A DNA stretch of 64,000 bases from Mobula hypostoma (taxonomy: Eukaryota): contig NC_086097.1 of the NCBI RefSeq assembly GCF_963921235.1, positions 89,468,001 through 89,532,000 on the forward strand, given 5' to 3'. The notes under the pieces were generated by a model. It had not been told where the DNA came from. It saw nothing but the letters and a program-made list of their open reading frames with translations, and searched no databases. The position numbers were made by a program, and so were the translations under genes. Within the stretch, counting starts at the first letter, position 1, and each line of letters begins with the position of its first letter. This document shows, piece by piece, positions 11,831 to 25,877 of this stretch.

Positions 11831-12789
11831 CACCTTAATGAACTTTAAGGCCTCCAGTATCTCATCTCTGCTCACTTGCATGTGGTCCTAGACATCACTC
11901 GTTTCCCTCATTTTCTTAACTTCCATTGTCTTCTCCCCAGTAAAAACTGAAGAGAAAGATTTAAAATCTCATTTGCTTCCACACACTTCCTTTTGAATCA
12001 CGTCCGAGTAACGGTTAATTTTGCCACTTCAGAGAGCAGTTCAGGTGACCAATCTGGTGGTGGGACTGGACTCAGCAGTAAACCATGATAAATGCTGGCA
12101 GTATCTTTCAATCCTTAGATGATGTTAATAACTTCTGCAATAATCTGATACCAACCAACATTTTTAAAATGCCATTTTCTTTATAGTGTATTCATATTCT
12201 TGAAGTACTGAGCTGATAGTTGACTTGTTTAAGAATAAATTCTTCATTTAAGATGGAGATGATTAACCACCCCCCACCCCATCAATTCCACCACTCTGGG
12301 GGATGAGTCTTTGGAATACTACTACAAAGGGCAGTGGAGTCAATGTCTAAATATTTTCAAGGCAAAGTCATAGAGTGTGCAGCATTGCATCTTTGGCCTA
12401 ATTGGGCCATGGCAACCAAGATCTTCATCTGTGCTAGTCCCATTTGCCTACGTTTGGCCTAAATACCTCTAAAGCTTTCCTCTCCACTTACCTGTCCAAA
12501 TGTCTTTTAAATGTTATTTATCTGCCTCAGTCACCTCCCTGACAGCCCAGAAAGAAGTAGGTAGGTTCGTAATAAGCAAGGGGCGAAAGTTTGCTGGAGT
12601 AGGGGGGAATGTGTGGACGAGCTGACAATCAGTGCAGCCATGTTTTTAATGGTGGAGCATGTTCAGTGGCCTCCAGGCACCCCGAATTCCCATGTTTGTA
12701 TCCATGGCCTCAGGGTTATAGATCAGGCCTTTGCATAATGAGCCCATTACTTTAAAAAAAAATTGGATAGGCACATGCATGATAGCTTC

Positions 12790-13620
12790 ACTATCATAGA
12801 GTCATAGAGCAATACAGCAAGAGGACGGGCTCCTCAAACCAGTGGCTCTGTGTCAAACACAGTGCCCATCCGAGCAGTCACAATTCAGCCTGTTTCCCTC
12901 TACAAACCTATCCAAGTGCTTGTACCTGCCTCAGCCCCTTCCTCCGACAGCTCAGTCCGTATACTCAGCGTTCTGCGTGAAAACGTTGCCCCTCAGGTCA
13001 CTTATAAATGTTTCCCCGCTCATCGGAAACCCATGGCCCCTAGTGTGGAGAAACGACTGTATTCATCCACATTATTTATACCTTTCATAAATCTTAAACA
13101 TTTTGATAATGTTGCCCCTCGTTCTCCAACATTGCAAGGAATCCAGACCTAGCCTAGTCAACTTCTCCCTGTAACCCTGACTGTCGAATCCTGGCAATAT
13201 CTTCATAAACGCACACAAAATGCTGGAGGAACTTAGCAGGCTGCCTGGCCTGCTGAGTTCCTCCAGCATTTTCTGTTTGTTGCTTGGATTTCCAGCATCT
13301 GCAGATTTTCTCTTGTTTGTGATTGAATATCCTCATAAATCTTTTGTGCACCTTTTCCAGTTTAACCACATTTTTCCAGTTAAGAGAGAGAGCAAAACTG
13401 TGCGTAGTACTCCAAGTGCTGCCTCACCAGTGACTCGTACAAAAGCAACATAATTGTCTCAGCTCATGCATTCAGTGCCCCTGACTGATGGAGGCCAGCA
13501 CACCTTCACTTGTCTAGCTGTGATGCTGCTTTCACTGAACTATGCACTTGTACTCCTAGGTGTCTCTGCTCCATTACACTGGCTAGTGCTGTAGTAAAAG
13601 TCCTATACTGGCTTGATATT
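12790..13620 (-). mobile_element. Old CR1 LINE fragment interrupted by a PLE-derived hairpin at 13210-13325
   Basis: Decayed ORF2 peptides (KLEKVHKRFMRI; YREKLTRLGLDSLQ) on both sides of the insert. Confidence 0.7.
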
Positions 13621-14021
13621 CCAAAATCATCGTCTACATATTTGTACTGGAAATCCATTTGCCAATCCTGGGCTCACTTCACCGAATGATCAAGTTCTTC
13701 TTGTACTTCATAATATGCAATAGTTAAGGGGTTATAGGCTGGTCACTTCTACCTAACACCTCCCAGCTTTTGATGTCATTCTCACTCTCACCTGAATCTA
13801 CTTATCACCTTGCCTCACACCTACCCTCCAGCTTCCTGCGCTGGCCACCTCCCCTCTTTCTTTCAGTCCAGAGGAAGGGTCTCAACTGTTTCCCTCCACG
13901 GATGCTGCCTGATGCACTGAGTTCCTGCAGCCGGATGCTTTGTTGCTCCAGATTCCGGCATCTCCTGGAGATCTGTTTTTGTTGACCTTATTTAACATTG
14001 CCACGTTTTTGTAACCATCAG

Positions 14022-15789
14022 GTCACCCCTGACGTGGAGCCGATGTCCATTCAACAGATTGTCACGGAGGCCTGCCAGTCTGCCCTCGAGGAAATGCAGT
14101 CGGACACCGAGGCTACTCACAGTCCGGAGGGAACCAAGGGAGCAGACGAGGTCCCGGAGGTGACTGATGCAGATCTAGGCGGCCCCGAGCAGGGAACTGT
14201 GGGTTCTGCTGCAGAATGCCCATTCAATGAGGTGGGCGATGAGCCAAAGCACTTCAGCAGCGAAGACTCCTCGGAGGAGGAGCAGGAGCGGGATTCCCAG
14301 AGCATCCTCCCTCCTTCGGTGCTGGGGCAGGCTAGCCTCATTGCAGAGCATTTCCTGAACAGCCCGTCAAGGTGCAACAGCTTGGTGAACGACGACGGCA
14401 GCTCCTATAGTTGTGTGTCGCCAAAGGTGACCAACAGGCAAAGTAGCCTCGAAAGCAGTGACAAAACATCGCGGAACAGGGGCACGCATGATGAATGGCG
14501 GCCAAGTGACGCTTTCTGGGGCAGCAATGGCCAAGAGGAGGGAAGCCTGTCTGAGGAGTCTGTCTTAAAAGGCCAGGAGGAGATGGAATTGGACGTTGAA
14601 CGGAACACTCCTAAGAGAAGGGATTCCACCCTCTCCAGGCAGGACCGGCTGCTCATTGAGAAGATTAAAAGTTACTATGACAATGCAGAACATGAAGACG
14701 CCAATTTTAGCATCAAGAGGAGAGAAAGCCTGACCTACATCCCAGCGGGTCTGGTCAGGAACTCTGTGTCCAAGTTAAATGGTCAAAACAAGGAAGAGGA
14801 TCTGCGGCAGGCCACCTTAAGAAGGCGACTGGCATCTTCCAATGTGGCTGTTCCCCGGAGGAATGACCCTCCGGTCAGGGCTTTGCAGGACCTTCCAAAC
14901 GTGAGCTCCTGCAGAGATGCTCATTTGCCTTTGGAGCCAGTAAGGGCCTTAGAACAACAGCAGCCAGAATCAAATGATCCTTTGGCAGGAAAGCCACCTT
15001 TGGACTTCTCGAAGGAGCCCAGTTCTGGTGAACAGAACCCAGTTACAGAGAGTGAATTCCGATCACCCGTGGACATGATTAAGATCTGGCAAGAGATGGA
15101 AAACATGTCAAATATTGCCACAAAGTCTCCAAAGGGAGCAGAACAGAAACATGACACAGTACAAGGGTTTGAGTCTTTTGAGAATAACTCAGAGAATCCA
15201 AAGAAAGTTGAAGAGAAGGACCCCAAACAATCTCAAACAAAACAACTCAGCAGTGTTAGAAGTAACTTGTGTCAAGATTTCAACGAGCCATTAGTTATTC
15301 TGGAAGATGGTGATTTAAGTGCTACTCCAGAAGTGTCTCCCATAACCTCTCAAGCAAGGCCTACTGGAGAAAGACTAAATGATGCATCAGTGAGTGAGGT
15401 CGGCAACCAAGCCAAAGAATATGTTCCACGTCCTCAAACGTCATTATGCATCCAGAAACGTAAATGCTCTGAAGATGAACGTGCACCGCTGCCAGATTCC
15501 GGTTCCGACCTAACTCAGAATCTGAGTTGTGACCACCGCACTCCAATCACAAGACCACAGGTGGCCCAGGCACAGGGTGAAGAACTGCTGAGAGAGGTGA
15601 CAGAGAAGATGAAGACCAAGGTCTACCAGCTGGCCAGGATATACAGTCAGAGAATTAAGAACAGCAAGCCAGTGGTCAGAAAGAGAGGCAGTCTGCTGGA
15701 GGTGGCACAGGAGAAGGAAGAGGAACGGGGCAGTGAAGTCAGAAAACTGGTAACGGTTCAGGAAGATGAGAAGGAAATAGTTGCTGCGG
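14022..15789 (+). CDS. PLEKHG3: PLEKHG3 large penultimate exon
   Basis: Within the 615-aa ORF; catcag|GTC acceptor, G|gtgggt donor (phase 1); motifs SILPPSVLGQASLIAEHF, DRLLIEKIKSYYDNAE, RRESLTYIPAGLVRNSVS, KVYQLARIYSQRIK match the PLEKHG3 C-terminal region. Confidence 0.92.
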
Positions 15790-15844
15790 GTGGGTACACA
15801 TTTATTTTCCATTCTTATTTTGTGGACTTTCTAAATCAGAATTA

Positions 15845-16945
15845 GGTTTAATATCACTGGCATATGTTGTGAAAGATGTGGCAGCAGTACATTGCAATAC
15901 ATATTTTTAAAAAATATAAATTACAATAAGAAATATATGCAGAGTATATAGTGAGGAATATGGATTGATTCATTCGCAATTCAGAAAACTGATGGTGGAG
16001 GGGAAGAAGCTAAAATGTTGAGCGTGTGTCTTCAGGCTCCCGTACCACCTCCTTGATGGTAGCAATGAGAAGAGGGCATATCCTGGATGAAGGGAGTTCT
16101 CAATGATGAATGCCACCTTTCTGAGGCATTGCCATTTGAAGATGTCCTTCTGCAGCTTTTTCCAATCCTGTGCAGTGTTAGCCCCCCCCATAATAAATTC
16201 GATGCAACCAGTTAGAATGTTCTCCACAGTATATCTGTAGAAATTTGCAAGTCTTTGGTGACATACCAAATCTCATGAAATATAGCTGCTGTCATGTCTT
16301 CTTTGCAAGTGCATCAATGTGTCGGGCCCAAGATAGGTCTTTGGAGATGATGACACCCAGGAACTTGAAACTGCTCACCCTTTCCAGTTCTGATCCCTAG
16401 ATGAGGACTGTTGTGTGTTCTCTTGGGTTCCCCTTCCTGAAGTTCACAATCAATTCCTTGGTCTTACTGACACTGAGTGCAAGGTTGTTATGACTCCACT
16501 CAACCAGCTGATCTGTCACACTCTTGTACACCTCCTTGTCACCATCCGAAATACTGCCGATAATTGTGTTATCAGCAAATTTATAGGCAGCGTTTGAGTT
16601 GTGTCTATCTACACAATCATGGGTGTAGAGAGAGTAAAGCAGGGTGCTAAACACACGTTCTTGAGGTGCGCCGGTGTTAATTGTCAGCGAGGAGCAAATG
16701 TTATTTCTGATCTGCACTGACTATGATCTCCCGATGAGGAAGTTTAGGAACCTGTTGCAGAGGGCCAAGTTTTGGAGGTTGTTGATTAGTACTAAGAGTA
16801 TGATGGAGTTGAATGCTGAGCTGTAATCAATAACCAGCAGCCTCATGTAGAGTATTGCTGTTATCCAGGTGATCAAAGGCCAAGTGAAGACCCAGTGAAA
16901 TTACATCTGCTGTAGAACTATTATGGCGATAGGGCAGTAGGTCCA
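15845..16945 (-). mobile_element. Decayed Rex1/Babar-type LINE 3' part
   Basis: RT peptides NTGAPQ..LYSLYTHDC..KFADNT, SVSKTKELIVNFRK, LANFYRYTVENILTGCI. Confidence 0.8.
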
Positions 16946-18200
16946 GGTCTATACATACATAGCTTAAAATTCATTACAATGAATTTTTTTTGTACCAGTC
17001 AACAAGTTGCTTTTCCAGCATTTCTCATTAACATGTATATCATGTTATTTCAGTTTTCCATAGCCTACTTGTGTAAATCTAGCTGGCTAATCAGTTCTCA
17101 CCACCTTACCTTTAGTAATGCATTACACAGACCAGGAAGCTTGATGTACAGGTAACTGGCTTTGTTAAGCTATTTTGACATGATATCACAGACATTACCT
17201 TTTATGTACATATCCACCATCCTCTACTGAAAACACACTTGCATCCTCCTCCCTGTATTCTGATGAAGCATCAAGGTCCTGGAACATTGAGAACTTCTCT
17301 TTCCACAGATTCCCTCTGACTTGTTAAGACTATCCAGCATCTGCCGATATATTGCTTTTCATTGAAGATGCATGTATACTGTGTTTAAGGTGGAAGGAAA
17401 TACAAGGGCAGAATGTGGATTTTTCAAGGTGGACTATAAGGGAGGTGGAGAATTGGACAGGGTTAGGGATAGAACTCACATGGTCATCTAGAAGCAACCA
17501 CTGTAATAGTGTCAGCTGTAGGAACATAAAGATCTCCAAGAAGTGGAAGGCTGGAGAGGTGCAGAGACATGAACACAAAGGTGAGGATGGTAGGTTGTTG
17601 AGGCAGGTATTGGTGAGCCAGCAATGGACCAGAGACTTAAGAGACATCGCACAGACGTGAGCCCTTTAGTCAGAAATTTTGCCCATCTTTCTATGTCTTG
17701 CCTTTCTAAGTACCTCTTAAATATAGTGATCTTATCTGGCTCCACCACTTCCTCCAGCAATCATTCTACATATCTACCACTATCTGTTTCTAACCCTGTT
17801 TCAGGTTGTGATCCTGCATTAGCACTGGAAAGGGAGATGTTGGAAGGTGAGGGGAAGGGGAGGTGTATCAATTGGCAGATGATGGATGAGACCAAGTGAG
17901 GGGGGGAGAAAGGATAAAAGGGAATGATGTGAGGATCTGGGAAGTGATGGGCAAAAGGCAGAACCAGTAGACCAGGGAATAAAGGGAGGCATGTTACATA
18001 CTAAAGGGAGGTGATGGGCAGATCATGATGGTAGGTGAGGGGAAGAGAAAGGGGTGAGAGGACCACCAGAATGGAGGGAAAATGAAGGTGTGTGTGGAGA
18101 GGGACTGAGGGGAGTTGTTCTGTGTGTTGCTCAAAATTTAGAGCATCCACAGAATCTCTTGTGAATAATTTTTAATTACTTGTTTCTGTTTAACCTCCAG

Positions 18201-19345
18201 CAGATAAGCCAAAGGAATCACCATCTTTGCCTCTCTATGACCAAGTTATTATCCAAGGGCAAGTCCCATTGGCTGCGTTAATGCAAGAACCTGATGCTGA
18301 CTCGCCAAATAAGTATTTGCAAACACTTCTTCCTCCTTCCACCAAGATCACTTCACCCAGACGTACTATTTTCAGTCTAATAACTCCTCCAGTGAGGCCC
18401 CAGTTGAGACCACTGAGCCCTACTGAGGCGGAAACATTTCCATGGCCTGATGTTCGGGAGCTCCGTTCCAAGTATACCTCTATGCATGATCAAGTCACAA
18501 AGGATTCTATACTGAGGGTAGCCAGAACAAACCTCTTCAAGCCACCTGAAAGTTGCTGTGCAAAGTTGGGCCGATTTTCCAAGAGCTTGTCCATGCCTAA
18601 TGGAATGATGGAAGGCAGAATGTCCCATTCTGGTTTGTTGGAAAAAAGAGGCAAATCCAAACCTGGCCTCTGCCCTGCTAGCACAATGGGGAAACGAGCA
18701 GGTTCTGACACCGTGCCCAGGAAAATGTTGCATTCAGATTCCTCCATCCAGTATCTCCTGAAAGAGGCTCCCGGGAGCTCTTCCAATAACCACGCAACAT
18801 GTTCACGGACTACTCCCTTGGACTCTACATGCACTGACCAAAGTTCCAGTTCAGAGTCCAAGTTCTGCCACTCTACCAAATGCCTGGAGGCAACCCACTA
18901 CGTTTCTTCAGAGTTACTGCTAGATGATCAGAAAGTCATAATCATGGAGAAATTGCCATGTGATGGTGATAGTTGGAGTATTCATAGGAAGGAGCAGGTC
19001 GCTAAGGACAACAGCAGTGATGATGAGGGATTTGTCCAGATCAGCTCTCCAACATCCCGAGAGAAAATCTCGATTCGAGCAGTCATGGAAAGGTGCAGGG
19101 CTTACCAAGAATCGGAAGAATATAAATCTAGGCAAGAAGGTGAAGACAAGGACAGGAGACAGGGAATTTCTAACCCAAAGGCCAAACAGCGGAGTTATGG
19201 AGGAGTAGAGAAGCTGACCTCCAGCACTCAGCAACCAGAGCCAAGGAGGGAGATGCGCCAACTTGGCAGTAGGACAGATCTAACCCAGCAAGGCCTGGTG
19301 AAGAACCTGAGGGACAAGTTTCAAAGCTTGACTTCTGCCAGCTAA
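18201..19345 (+). CDS. PLEKHG3: PLEKHG3 last coding exon
   Basis: ctccag acceptor in phase 1 continuing into the 18227-19345 ORF; motifs FPWPDVRELRSKY and terminal QGLVKNLRDKFQSL; TAA at 19343-19345. Confidence 0.92.
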
Positions 19346-19538
19346 ACTTAATCTGGCTTCCCGCTCAGATGCTAGTTGCCAGTTACAAATCAAACCACTG
19401 TACCGGGAAAAAATGGGTGTAAAATATTGAGATGTGAATTTCTTTTGGACTTGTGGCCAAGACTTTTACTGAACTATCTGGGAACCGAAACCAGTGAATG
19501 GACATTTTGATGCTTAACCAGGTTATTTATCATTCCTC

Positions 19539-19544
19539 AATAAA
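19539..19544 (+). terminator. Candidate proximal polyadenylation signal of PLEKHG3 (others at 19900, 20657, 21702)
   Basis: AATAAA hexamers downstream of the stop codon; which is used cannot be told from sequence. Confidence 0.35.
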
Positions 19545-22500
19545 TATATGATTGAACAGATTTTAATTTTGCACACCCTTATGTTAATTTAAAAGTAAAA
19601 TATTCCCCTTAAACTACTGTGGTCACTGCAGCTTAGCTATGTTCAGGTCCATGTATGTCATGTCTTGTTTAAATATTCAGTCAGTGGTCTTCTGTTGATG
19701 TGGGCATTCGCTGACTATATGCTTCAGTGTCTTCAGTTCTGAGAAAAAGTTTCTTTGTCTATATGAATTATATTTTCCACTCCCTCCATGGCCCATCCTT
19801 CCCCATCTTTGTAGCCTGTAATCCTTTAATGTGTGATTTCTACTTACCCCCACTTCTGACTTCTATTGGTGGCTGTGCCTTCAACTGCCCTGACCCCAAA
19901 ATAAATAATTCTTCACCTAAACATTTCTAGCTTGCTCCTGACCTTTAATTCTTGTCTCAGAGCCTGCCATTTTAACCAGGTCTTAGTATCACTTTATGTA
20001 ACAAATCTTATTTGAATAACCCTTTGTGAAGAACTTGGTGGTGTTTTACTGTGTTAAAGATGAAGTGGAAATCTAATTTTTTTTATTGTTTTTATGTCAA
20101 GAGATTTATTACCCATTGTTGAGCTAAACATGGTTTATAATTGCATTGATGCAGTCATCTGTTCTCACAAATTGTTTCTGCTGACTTCAGTATAATGAAT
20201 TTCAATGCTGGAGTCAAATCCACTTTGTCATTTTACAGCAGAATTAGCACTAACTATGGGGAATAAGTTAATAGGTGATTGTTTTCTGTCCCTCAAGGAC
20301 TTGTTGGTTATTGGCTTTTGGTGGTGTACAATCACCAGGTTAATGCACTATTTTGTATGAAATATCCAGATTTTTTGCTTTGTGTTGGTTGAACTGCCCT
20401 CAGCTGTAGCAGTAGGTATGGATGTAAGAATTGGTGCCAGAGTGCCACAAGTTTGGAGTTCCTACCCAAATAACTAATCAGTATCTGACTGAAAAATTAA
20501 TGTAGGTTATGACAAGGGTGCCTCTGTTCTGCTGTCCTCCCTGCTGCTGTTAAATGGCCAGCACTCAGCAGTTTAAACTATACTTTGGACAAAGTCTATA
20601 CGTGTAGTTTTCTCTTGTACCTGCCAGCTGGAGAGTATACATTTTCTATTGTTAAAAATAAATGTCAGTCCAGGCAATGAACAATAACACCTTAAAAGCC
20701 AACTTGCAATTTTACTGCACAGAACCAGGGCCTTTGGCCCACTGTGAAACAAGAACCATTAACACTGACCCTATCGTAATCAAGATTTTAAAAAAATTCT
20801 CCCCGATTCCCATCAACAACCCTGTCTCACACAAAAAGACACGCTACACACTAGGACCAATTCATGGTGATTATTTAACTACCATGCCCCATATCTATGG
20901 GATTTGGGAAGGAAAATGTATTGTCCGGAGGAAGCCCACGCATGTGATCACAGGAAGAATTTGCAGACTCCACAGTCAAGACCGGAAGTCAGGATTGACC
21001 CTCCCTCACTGGAGTGTAAGGCAACAGCTCTATCAGCTATGCCACCATACTGTTCAAATGATACAGTTCAGTTCACAACATCTGGGCTACCAAAGTTTAG
21101 GTTAATTAAGATTTTTTTTTAGAAATGTTGCTTCTGATTTCTTATATTACAACAATCTGGACATAGCAAATTCATGCAAACAATGTGATAATGAGCAGAT
21201 AATCCATTTTCACTAATGATGATTAAAATACCTACTGGCGAAGACAATGGGAAGAACTCCCCTGCTCTTTAAAATATTGCTGTGGGATTGTATTAAATTT
21301 GTATGTCAAGACCAAGGCTTCATGTCCTACCTAACAGAAGGCACTTGTAATATTGCAGTACTCCTTCAGTTTAGCACTGGAAGTGTCAGTTTGATTATGT
21401 GTTTAAAGTCAATGCAGTGGGACAAACTTTTAAGTTGTGGCTGACCCTATCCAATGTACTTGATCTGATGAGATTATGACTTCATGGAACCAGGTAGTTA
21501 GTTGCTTGTTGATTCTCTAGTCACCAAGGTCATTAAAGATTGTGGGAATGCCTGCTTCAGTCTCATTGCCACTACTTTTATGTTAAACCCTTCTCGACTT
21601 GTAGAATCTATGCATGAATTTCCTGTACGATGACTCCTTGAAAAGACCTTTTTGTTAAGAGTTGTCGTCACTATGCACCTTACCACTTTAATACTTCCTG
21701 AAATAAAATTTAAAATTTCACACTATCTAGCTCCATAATAGTCCCAAATTTTGCTGAATTAATTTGTAAACCTAAGGTTACCCTATAAATTTGTAATGAC
21801 AATGTTTTAATGCCTATTATATGAATTGTAAAGAAGCAAAAATAATTGCATACTAATTGTCTGCCTTTCATTGTGTTGAAGGTATGTGGTTTTACAGATA
21901 TGCCTTTAGTTTTTCTTTACAGGGAAATCCAGAACCTCAAATGGCTGGAGAGTTCATTGAAGTAAAAATTGACTCCTGCAACACCTCCAGATGCTGAGCA
22001 AATCAAATATTCGGTTGAGTTAGCCAGGCTTGGCCTGGTGTCAGTACCAATGCAGAAAATGTCCTTAGGCTGGTAGAGGACAAAGAAACCTTTGGTTTCA
22101 GCAAAGGCTACAATTGTTTTGTTTCTTTAAGATGAAATATCCTGCTTGCCCTAGAGGAATGAAACGAGCAAATTCCAGGAGGGTATAGGATGCCTAGAAT
22201 GTCACTGCTCACAGGAGATAAAAAGGGAGATAAACTGATTCTTAAAAAAAAATCTACTTCAGGGAGGTGGAATAAATTGTGGCATAAATTGACCATTTTT
22301 CGTCAGATATAGCTCGGCCACTCCTTATTAGAATCAAAATGCTGAACTTGCTCATATAACCAGACAGCCTTTTGAATCACTCTAGTCTGTCTTGAACAGG
22401 AGTTGAAGGACAGACGTTTGAAGGCTGCTCATCACAGGATGTTGTAACTTGATGGCAAATGCAGCATGGAGTTCCTGATAATAGATAATCACGTGTTTCA

Positions 22501-23696
22501 CAAATGCAAAATGTACAAGTCCCCATACTTGGATGCTGCTACAAGCAAACCCCAAAATACTTGAAGGCCATTTTATTTATGTTTACAAATAATAATAAAA
22601 ATATGTAGGTACATGGGGCAAGATCTACAGAGGAATGGTGATGCAGTTGGCATTTCATTAATAAAGTGTTTGCCACTGTATAAAGGCACATGGGTGGATG
22701 GACAAAGCTGAGATGTGAAGTTCTAAAGTGGACATGTATTTTTTTTTACAAACGAGAAAGCCAACTAAGTCATTGAGACAACTAGCAGTCAAAGAACAAG
22801 GGAAGAGAAGAGAACTGATGGAGACTAGCAACTGTTTTGTAGAGAGCAGGAAGTGCTTCAGTTTTGTACCTACAGTGACATTAATTATGAAAGACAGCAA
22901 TCCAAAATATCATCTCTGCAACTGCTAACATTTTATTGGAAGTGACTAGTAAAAGCACAGAGTTCTCATGAAAGGAAACTTGTGGAAAGGGTTCTTGATT
23001 ATGTATTAATCGTATAGGCCCTTCAGATCTACTCAATGATCAATCCATCCTCCAACTGCTTGACCACTGGCTTTAAATTCAGTATGTGTTAGAGCTGGCT
23101 GCACATCTTTAAGTGTTGCTTGAGTGTATAAAAACTTACAGCTCAGCTTTAATTTATAGAAATCATCAGATAGCCTATTGAATGCAAGTTAACCAAGCAA
23201 ACTTTTTTTATTTATAAGCTCAGAATATTCTAGTCAAAATATCTTTGAAGTAAAGTCACTACTAAAATGTAGGAAAACAGCGGCAAAGTATCTCAAAAAT
23301 CAAATAAGGTGATAGCCACTCAATCTGTTTAAATGACTTGGGATGAATGAAGAAACCACAAATTCCCTAGATTTTAAAAGCAGGTTAATGGAATCTGCTG
23401 CATCCATCCTGGACAGGTGAACTTTGGTTTAATGTCTTATTCAAGAGCCAGTAGCTCCAACAGTATGTGTACAAGTTGCTGCACAAACTCAACTGACAAT
23501 CAATAGTTTGGGTGAGTATTGATAGCAGGTCAGGCCTACCACCTCTTACCAACATAAACTCTACAAAAACAAAACAATTCTTGGTGCAGTGAAAAAAGTC
23601 AGAGAAAGCTTTTAATGTAATTAATACAAATCTACAATATATATAAGTCACATCATAATCTAGCCTTGCATGAAACTTAAGTCACATTGCACAAAC

Positions 23697-23702
23697 TTTA
23701 TT
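23697..23702 (-). terminator. Candidate polyadenylation signal of SRP14
   Basis: tttatt on + (AATAAA on -) about 860 nt downstream of the SRP14 stop. Confidence 0.4.
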
Positions 23703-24561
23703 AATCTTTAAACAAGAAACTCGCTCCTAGCCCACCAGAGAGGTCAATGCTCCAATAAAGAAAATCAAAACTTGATTCTCCCTTTTTACATTCACGCTTA
23801 AGATTTGTAATTCTATGAGACTCTTCTCCCGTTACTGTAGAAACCAGCTCTTTCTAGCTAGTTCTACAATAGCAGGAGAAAAAGACTTCTATATTGGAGT
23901 TGACGGCCATTGCCCACGTGTGACATTAAGGATTTGGTCTCAGTGGTGGTCAGCAAATTTGGATAACATTCAATTGTGAGATAAAGGGAAGCAGACAGTG
24001 CAACTATATCAATGAGATTAATTCAAATGAATACCTATTGATCAGAGGAACACACCTTTGAGGTTACAGAATGCACAGTAACTATGATCTATGTAAAACG
24101 ATCTTTGCTTGTAGTGACCACTTGCTTATGAACTAATCAGAAGCAAATCCCGACAAAGATCAGAGGTTTTTGGTCATGCCCTGTGATGCTTCACAATATT
24201 GTCACAATATGGTTAACTGCACAATAATTGAAGGAGGGTGGTGGGGAGACTGATTGTAGGATAATAGGCTTTTCCAACTGATACCCAACAGACTTCCTTC
24301 ATCATTCTTGCTGTTGCCACCAGATGTCCACGATAGATATTTGTAAACTTGCCCATGGACTGCAAAATGATGTGTCATGTGGGGGAATATTTATCCATTA
24401 CTGGTGGTATTGTGTATTTAATCAATGCTCTTCTGGAACTCATTCCTCTCCCAACATCGATTCCATTCGATACATGAGCAATTTCTAAGATGCCGGGTAC
24501 TGGTAAAGTGAACTCTCCTCCTCCCCCAACCCCACTCCCAGGAAACCCACACACCATGACA

Positions 24562-24651
24562 TCACTGTGTGGCTTTCGTCTTCTTACTCTTGCTCTTCTT
24601 GTCTTTCTTCTTTAACCCATCCATGTGCGCCCGTAACAGATTTGAATATGC
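24562..24651 (-). CDS. SRP14: SRP14 exon 5 (AYSNLLRAHMDGLKKKDKKSKSKKTKATQ*)
   Basis: Poly-T/cag acceptor on -, 90 nt to TGA; matches the SRP14 C-terminus with its basic elongation-arrest patch. Confidence 0.97.
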   Translation of the reverse strand, partial: AYSNLLRAHMDGLKKKDKKSKSKKTKATQ

Positions 24652-25877
24652 CTGAAAAAAAAATACCCCATGGAAATTAACTTCTGAGTATGTCAAGATG
24701 AATAGTACCATCTGAAAACAATGGCGGATGGGTGTAGGAAGAATATTTCTGACAGAATCAATCTGAGATTTGAGTACACGTCCTCTTCTTTAACACTTAA
24801 GACACACACGGTTACTTAATGACTTTCATGATCTCAGGGCTTCCCAAGGCACCTTAGAGCTTGGAGGTATTTCAGATGTATAATAACAATTATAATGCAG
24901 TAAAGAGTTGATTTATACTTGACAAAATCCCTCAAGCAATGTGATAATGACAAGATGCTATGCCTTCTCAGCAGGGTGAAGGAAGGGCATCATTCCTGAC
25001 ACACTGTTGCAGGACATAGTTCATCTCCTAGAGCTAGCATTAAAACCATGAAATCCTGACTTAAACCAAGTGCCACCCACTGAGTCACAGCTACAGGTGT
25101 GCAGCACTCCCTAACCTCCTCCAGTATAGAAACAGGTGAAGTATTGCACATCTCAGCCAAGTACACACATGGCAGAATGCTGGAATCAACCTATATGGAA
25201 ACTCTCAACAAGTTTACTTAAGTTCAGCAATTGCATTCCAAACTCCTACATCCTAACGTAGACCAAGTATCACTGAGACTGTAACTAATGGATCCTCAGA
25301 TTTTCTGCCACAAAAGAAAGGACTCTCAAACTAATTTTTAGTATCCAAGTCTTACAGCAGGCAAGTTTGCTATTAAAGATTAGAATGGTCACACTACCTT
25401 GCTCTGGACTCCAGTATTCCAAAGTTCCCCTGGTCTACGACTCATCTTCCACCTTCTCTAATTTCAAGTCAACTTTCCGCTACCCGTCGTATGCCTGACC
25501 CAATTCCAGTCATTTGTTACTTTATTTCCGTATACCACTCCAGTGTCCAACAACTGATTTTTTAAGAATCTCACCCTAGTATTTAAAAAACCCTCCAAGA
25601 TTTCACACTCCATTCCTCTAACTTACCCAGCAGAACTGTCTGATGTGTCTGTGTTCCTTCTTATCTATTTGCAACTTTCTCTTCTCCACCACTCACAGCT
25701 ATCTTCAGCTCTGAGCACTTTGCACTTCCTTTAAGATTCCCCATAAAAACTACCTGTTAGCTACTCGTTCTAATGACTACCTGTTCAGCCACAACTGTTC
25801 TCTAAAGAGTTGTCACTTTAATGTTAAAGGAACTATTTAAATGCAAATTGTTTTGCTGCCTTTCATTCTCTGATTTA

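Noticed and set aside
14117..15812. Antisense ORFs over the large PLEKHG3 exons
   Set aside because: Shadow ORFs of the coding strand with no independent signals
24562..24600. SRP14 lacks a C-terminal poly-alanine tract
   Set aside because: The tract is a primate feature; about 110 aa is the ordinary vertebrate form
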